The notes beneath the pieces were generated by a model. That model had not been told where the DNA came from. It worked only from the letters and a program-made list of their open reading frames with translations, and did not search any database. 64,000 bases of DNA. Origin: Auanema rhodensis. Its lineage: Eukaryota; Animalia; Nematoda. Of this stretch, positions 56,115 to 64,000 are shown one piece after another (within the stretch, counting starts at the first letter, position 1; every line of letters begins with the position of its first letter). A program made the position numbers and the translations under genes. The stretch is taken from positions 5,952,001 through 6,016,000 of the forward strand of contig OZ059895.1 in assembly GCA_964057225.1 (NCBI GenBank), in the 5' to 3' direction.

Positions 56115-57910
56115 ATGCCACCAAAGAAGAAGGTTGAAGAAGAGAGACCACCTCTGATTGGAAGAATTGGAACCAACTTGAAGGCATTTTACATTAGAAT
56201 AAGATTTTTCAATCGTTGTACTTGCAGGTCGGTATTTTGGGATTACCAAATGTCGGTAAGAGCACTTTCTTCAATGTTTTAACGAAGTCAGCTGCTCAAG
56301 CAGAAAACTTCCCCTTCTGTACTATCGATCCTAATGAGAGTAGGGTAAGACTATCAAAGTTCAAATAAAATAAGTCATGTCTAATCTTAAAGGTAGCTGT
56401 CAATGACAGTCGTTTTGACTGGCTTTGCGAGCACTATAATCCAGCTAGCAAAGTCCCAGCATTCCTCAATGTTACTGATATTGCTGGTCTTGTTAAAGGT
56501 TTTTTGACCTTTCTTTCTTTCATTTTTTAATTTTTTTTAAATTAGGAGCTTCGGAGGGTCAAGGATTAGGAAATGCTTTCCTCTCTCACGTGTCCGCTTG
56601 TGATGCTCTTTTCCATCTCTGTCGTGCTTTTGATGATGATGATGTTACTCACGTCGAAGGAGAAGTCAATCCTACTCGTGACTTAGATATTATTATGGAG
56701 GAACTTTTTGCCAAAGATATTCAGTTCATCGATGGACCATTGAAGAAAGTCGAGACTCTCTACATGAGAGCTAACGATAAGACTAAAAAAGTGATAGCAT
56801 AAATCAATTATTTTGCTATGTGTCTAGTTTTCAGGTTGAATACGACTGTCTCCTTAGAGTTCAAAAGCTCCTCCAAGAAAGAAAGTTCATCCGTCACGAA
56901 TCATGGAATGAAAAAGAAATCGAGGCAATTTATAATTTGAAGATGTAGTCTAAAAAAAACCTGTTGTAGGTTTTAAACAAGCATTTGTTCTTAACTGCTA
57001 AGCCTATCGTCTACCTAGTCAATTTGTCCGAGAAAGACTATATCAGAAAGGTAAGTTATTGTTTTCATAATTTTAAAAATATTGTAATGTATAGAAGAAC
57101 AAATGGCTTCCAAAAATTAAAGCTTGGATTGACGAGAAGGACGCTGGAGGCGTACTTATTCCATTCTCTGGGGTATTCGAATACAAGCTTCTTGATATGC
57201 CAGATGATGAGCGCGACAAATTCCTTAAGGAACAAGAAGCAACCTCTGCTTTAGATAAGATAAGAAATTTAAAAAATATTCTTGCTAATCTTTTTTTTTT
57301 AACATCGTTCATACCGGATATAAAGCTCTTCAGTTGGAGTATTTCTTCACTGCTGGAAAGGATGAGGTTAAGGCCTGGACTATCCAGGTATGTTATTTTA
57401 ATGTGTTCCATTTATTCTTTAATATCTTAGAAAGGTGCCACTGCACCAAAGGCAGCGGGAAGAATTCACACCGATTTCGAGAAAGGATTCATCATGGCTG
57501 AAGTAATGAAGGTAGTCGACCTAATGGAATTAGGAGACGAAGCCAAGGTATGCCATCTGTTTTCTTTTGTGAAAGACGCCTTGGCCTGCTATCGCAGCAA
57601 GATATGTCCTTCAGATAGGACAATCCTTTGACGCACTCGGTGACCTAAAGTGAAAGAAAGGCGTGCTATATTTTGTATAAGGCTTTATGAAGTGCCCAGA
57701 ATGTCTTAAAATCCGAAAGCTTCGGTTAAATATTACTTCATCAATGCAAACAAATATATGCACAAAGAAAGAAATTCCTAACGATTGTTACAGGTCCGTG
57801 CTGGCGGAAAGTACAGACAACAAGGAAAAACTTATATTGTCGAAGATGGAGATATCATTTTCTTCAAGTTCAATGCTGGTGCTGGTCTTACTGCCGGAAA
57901 GAAGAAGTAA
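56115..57910 (+). CDS. ola-1: Obg-like ATPase 1 (YchF/OLA1)
   Basis: GLPNVGKST; [12 protein letters not shown]; [22 protein letters not shown]; [20 protein letters not shown]; [14 protein letters not shown]. Confidence 0.96.
57576..57755 (+). ncRNA. Candidate intronic ACA-box structured RNA in the last ola-1 intron
   Basis: 246-nt intron versus ~45 nt typical. Multibranch 5' domain plus 3' hairpin ending in ACA. Confidence 0.5.
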
Positions 57911-58389
57911 ATATCATATACGGAGATTGAATGAACAACGCCAGGCAATCGATTGGTAATCGATCGATTGATTGTCTTCAATCTGCTTTTTAATGGTTTT
58001 GGTTCTTTTGCGAATAATCGTAATTCTGTTTTTGTTATGTTGGTTGGATAGATTTATATAAACAATTTTCACTCTTCCCTAGTTATTGAATTATATTAAT
58101 AGAATAAGAAATATCTGCTAAATCTGAAATATTCGAAATCTAGTCATAGTTTCGCGACAAATCTTATACTTCTTTTTACATACGTCTCCCCTAGTCGCCC
58201 TTTTCTCCTCCCTTGGTCTTTTCAAGAAGGAACGACAACATTCCAACGTCAACAATCGAATATAGCTGGAAATATGGGAGAATCAGAGATAGGCGGAACC
58301 GCGCCCACAAGACAAACGCCACAACGAAACAGTACATAATTTTAGGAGATTTAGACATCTGCTGCGTGTGTAAAGCAGGAGAGCCCTTT

Positions 58390-58487
58390 GGGCGGGGCTT
58401 ATTGGTGGACTGGAAGAAACAGAGAAGTAGACACTAGGCGAGGCATTGCAGGACGCGGAGAGGGCGCGAAGAGCTGATGGGCGGGGC
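58390..58487 (+). promoter_or_regulatory. Two Sp/KLF GC boxes upstream of the Sp-family gene
   Basis: GGGCGGGGC at 58390-58398 and 58479-58487. Confidence 0.55.
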
Positions 58488-58535
58488 GTAGCGGGTGCGG
58501 GCGGTCCATCAGTCGCCCCTCCCACTCATAGCTCC

Positions 58536-59847
<1,312 letters not shown>

Positions 59848-60320
59848 TATTTGTATAGGGTTTCACATTTTTATATTTCTTGTGCTAATTTTGAATTGTT
59901 TCACATTTATATAAGCTTGCGTCCCTGGTGGCCTTGGGTAATATGTGCAGCCTTCCAGACCGTCCTCGTCTAATATTTAAGTCCGGTTAATATAGCTTCC
60001 TCTTGTTTCACTTTTGTTTATACCGCTCTTATTAATTTTTAATTTTGTACGCTCAGCTACCTGTAGGCTCGTACACATATAATGTGGTTGTATTTGCCAA
60101 AATCTTACACTTGGCTTAAGAGTGCCAATTCATAATAGTTTTCCATATCAAATTGCATTTTCCAGCCTCCATGGTAATTTCCCGTTAGTGCATATCCTAA
60201 TAAACTATTCTAACACAGTTTTGCAAAAATATGAACACGTGGTTAAAATGAATTGACGTGCAATATTCCGTGGAAAGCACTTTAATTCAACAATTTGAGT
60301 TGTACGGTTGGCTATTAAAG

Positions 60321-61202
60321 ATGATATCCGAAAATCATTCAAATGAAGCTTTACTGAGAGTTGAATCCGATAGCGATGAAGATGGTTTGAGTAAAATAAT
60401 AATATATATATATATATATATATACAAAAACATTATAGCTAAATCCGAGTACTGTTGGGTAAAACCAAGTTGGTGTTTTCAACCTACGGAATATGTAACG
60501 ATCCTTACTTGATAATTGTGTAACGAAATTAGTTTAGACAGCATCTTCCTATTTGAGTGATAATCTTCAAGATATATGTGTGAAAGAGTTTAGTATGATT
60601 CCACCAGATTACTTCTTCAGGGTACTTGGAAAAGTATGAAAATTGACTTATCATTATATTTAGGAGGATGGAGAAATGTGGGAAGAGGCTTCATGTGAAT
60701 CACCTCAGGCTAAAACTGCAAGATCAGATTCATTTTATTCTTCGATAGGAAGTTGTACTGGGTAATTCCCTTTTATTATCCAAATTAATAAAGCTAAGCT
60801 TTCCTAGCTCTAATTATACATTAGATAGTACCTTAGACTCAAGTGTTGGATTTGAAACAGCATTAGATATATCATGGGAAGAGAACGAATCTTTAAAAAC
60901 AGCATTATCTTTCACATCATTGCAATCCCTAGTTGATAATATGAATGAAAATTATCAACTTAATACATGTGAAAGTACTGTAACAAGCTTTGTGGATTCT
61001 ACAGATGAAGAAGATGAGATGAACACTGCCAGGTGAATATAATTTAATATCAATATTAATTTCAAATTCAGAGAAGAAACGAATTTGATTTATGATGAGT
61101 TAACAGTGTCAACTCCGAGGTTGGTGAAATCTGTTATAAATAAAGTTTAAAAAAAGATATTTTAATTGCAGCCTCAAAGAAGATCAAGAAGAAGAATTAT
61201 AA
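60321..61202 (+). CDS. Orphan Ser/Thr/Glu-rich multi-exon protein
   Basis: Exon-like frames bounded by GT/AG (EDGEMWEEASCESPQAKTARSDSFYSS; VGFETALDISWEENESLKTALSF; LKEDQEEEL*). No recognised domain; 5' structure uncertain. Confidence 0.5.
60402..60425. repeat. (AT)n microsatellite in an intron
   Basis: atatatatatatatatatatata. Confidence 0.8.
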
Positions 61203-61446
61203 TATTTGTTAACTAAGACCCTCAAAATTTTTAATTTAGCATTGTTTTTTTCAATATGTATATGTGTATATTAAATGAGACATGAAATTCATAAATAATA
61301 TCCAATACTTATATTATTAAAATATGTATATATTTGACCTTGTTGGACAAACTAAAGTACGTAATAAAGCATTTTTGTTGAAACGTCTTTCTAAATATTT
61401 TAATATTATGCATTATAGTTACTTCAACTTTATAATTGGTAGAAAA

Positions 61447-64000
61447 ATGGCGGATAGGAAGTCGTTGCTCCAAGAACGTTTTGAGATTCTTCGATATACA
61501 GATTCCGTTGAGATAAAAAGCCCTAATTTATTCATCCCCGCTCACGTAGCAAGCCATGTTGGATCTTTACCTTTTTATAAAATCGCAGTTTCACCGTAAG
61601 TTGAACTAAATAGTTTCAATGAACGCCTAGAATATGTGTACTACATTTCAGAAAAGCTGATAGAGTAGCTACAATGAGTCATAATAGGGTTTTGAATGTC
61701 TATAGCTTAGAAGGGGAGGAGGCTTTTCAAGAATGCAGTGTTCAAGGTTGACTGAAGATCTAGACCAAAATATAATTTTACTATTTAGTTTTGGAAGAGG
61801 AATTTGCAGAGTTCTGTTTATTAGAGTTTTCTGCTTCTGGTTCCTTTATTCTGTCTACTCGTAGTTCGGCTAGACTAGATGTGTTCGACAACTCCGGAGG
61901 TTTTTGTTATGACATCCCACTGGTAATGTCAAAAACAGTAATTGTTTTATCTGGTTTAATTAATAGGAAGACGATCCTTCAAGTGTCAATCCCATGGGAG
62001 GAGTTTGCTGTATGAAAACTTTCGTGAATAAAAACTTAGATTCGGATGATAAGCATTTTGATATACTATATGTACTACAATATAATGGAGTGTTATCAGC
62101 TTTTAAATTAGGGTAAATTTTAAAAAATAATGTATGGAATACATCAAAGGTGCTGAATTTCAGGAGACTAACTCGATTTGAAAAGTTGTGGTCCACTTAC
62201 TTAGGCATAGGTCTTTGTGGTAGCTTTGAAATTTTCCCAGACTATAATCTTTTGGTTGTTGGCGCTCATTACAATACGTCCGGTATGCTGCTTAACCTAC
62301 CATATCGAACAACTTGGAATTTTTAGGAAAAGTAAAACCGCCCGGAGGATTATGTTCATTTCGTATGATAGATACATATCCATATGCTGAACCTATTCGT
62401 GTGATGGGAGATTCAAGTATAGTTAAATAATTTTGATTTATGGAATTGTTCAAGTTTTAGGTGGATGGTTCAAGTGGTCTAGTCAATTTCTATCTTCAAG
62501 GCTATTTGCTTATATATGCTCTATGTCGGTATCTTCATCATTTAATATGAAACTAGCTACTGTGTCTACTAATGGCGATTTTTTTCTATTTGACGTTCCT
62601 TCAATGTCTTTATCTTTGAGTATTTCATACATCTCTGGAAGACGTCCAGTTCAGGCTCTTTTCACTGATGAAACAGTAGTTCTAACGAAACAGATGATTT
62701 TGTGAATACTTTTTCTAGGAACTGACCATTCTTTTTGATAACGGTGATCTGGTTAGAAGTCAAATTGAAGACATAGAAGAGGAAATTCATGCGAATAACG
62801 CTGAATATACGTTTACTAGCCGTACTGCGTTGGTGGTTCCCAGTTTTCGAGAACTTTTTATTTTAGAAGGAGATGTGAGTAATTTCATAACTAGTATTGT
62901 GAACACATATCTAAAATCTTTAGCCTGGTAGCTCTGCTCTACATGAAGTTGCTAATCAAAGAACTCACTTAGCTTTTCGTTTGTGGGTGTACACGATTTG
63001 GCGCTCATTTAAACAAGTAAAAATAGTTCTAGTTTAGATGTTTTTAAATTCACATTTAGCTTGTTGGAATGGCTGTTGGAGATGCAGCATCCCCTCTACA
63101 AATGGCAACACATTCTGAAACTTTAGGTTTCGTTGTGTGGCATTCTCCTACTCGAACTCTAGAAGAACTTTTAGAACGAACTGTAAGTTTGTTTTAATGT
63201 TTCAGTATTTTATAATATTTGATTTAGCTTAATGAGAGGAATTATAGCAGAGCAAAAGAATTAGCCGAGTCATTTTCAGCAGCAATTGATATAAATATAA
63301 TTCTAAAACGAGAATGGACAGATACTTCAAACTCTGGTGATTTAACTGTTCAACATGTTCACGATATTTTGGTATGTGCAATTAGGTTTATTAATATTTA
63401 CTTATATTTCAAGGAGAATATTGATGATCAAGAATGGGTACTTCGAGCTTGTTTATCTTGCCGTTCCACTATTCGTGATGTTCACATAGAGTTAGTTCTT
63501 CTCGGTGAGTTTATATTATTGTTCTAAAGTATTATATAATTTATAGGATTGAATTTGTTTGACATTAGTGATGATTGCAAAATCATTATTTTACATGTTG
63601 CTCGAATTTTAAATGTTTGCTCCGATGTCGAGCTTTTCTTGGAACTTCGACATAAATCATTGTTCGAGATAGCATGTTGTTTCGCGCAGGTTTGCATGAG
63701 TATACATTATAAATAAATTATTATCTTCAGAGATGCTTATTCACAGAACTTCAACGGTTATTGGAACAAAATTTTTGTTTATTATCTGATTTTGTTTTGA
63801 ATATTGCATCCTTGATACCATGTAGTGTCCCTCCTAAGAAATATGAATATTTATTGCCTTCTTCATCGTGGACTTTCAAAGATATTGAAGAAGTAACCCT
63901 TATATATTCATTTTTTGTAATCACTTATGTTTCAGATTGGAAGTGATTATGTAATACAGCTGTCAGAATTTAAAAATAGTCCGGAATCTGACTATGTGAA
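61447..64000 (+). CDS. smgl-1: NBAS/SMGL-1 (5' part; continues beyond window)
   Basis: Beta-propeller-like N-terminus, then TRTLEELLERTLNERNYSRAKELAESF..IDINIILKREW..LENIDDQEWVLRACL, matching the recalled NBAS pattern. Confidence 0.78.

Noticed and set aside
57576-57755. Telomerase RNA hypothesis for the ola-1 intronic RNA
   Set aside because: No template for TTAGGC (needs GCCUAA plus overlap); only ACCUAAA, and no convincing pseudoknot. Kept as an unassigned ACA-box RNA.

Overview
AT-rich, gene-dense eukaryotic DNA from a rhabditid-type nematode, inferred from ~42-55 nt introns, splice acceptors just upstream of start codons (trans-splicing), operon-like spacing, a cuticle collagen and close matches to C. 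elegans proteins. The ORF track only catches exon fragments. Manual splicing gives about 24 protein-coding genes: a partial gene, ric-19/ICA69, two identical copies of a small secreted Tyr/Ala/Gly-rich peptide gene, SNIP1, acid ceramidase, a collagen, fars-2, gly-4/GALNT2, a p24/TMED9, dhs-24-like SDR, fitm-2, ceh-8/RAX, dpf-3/DPP8-9, CCDC174, a STAR/KH protein, a carboxypeptidase A with ShK domain, swsn-9/BRD7-9, FANCI, a 77-aa CFAP97-domain-like gene, SmB, OLA1, an Sp-family zinc-finger factor, an orphan and NBAS (runs off the end). There is also one tRNA-Gly(GCC). Most notable: (1) very frequent AAG/GAG splice acceptors plus two weak GC-AG introns; (2) a hidden CFAP97D-like microgene with an RFX/DAF-19 X-box; (3) a frame-preserving cassette exon next to the carboxypeptidase catalytic Glu that begins with a recursive-splice-like AG|GTAAGA; (4) three GC-richer, hand-foldable candidate ncRNAs that I cannot assign to a family; (5) a recent exact 691-bp duplication; (6) Sp-type GC boxes upstream of the Sp gene itself. 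All homology calls come from recalled motifs, not searches. CDS coordinates span introns.
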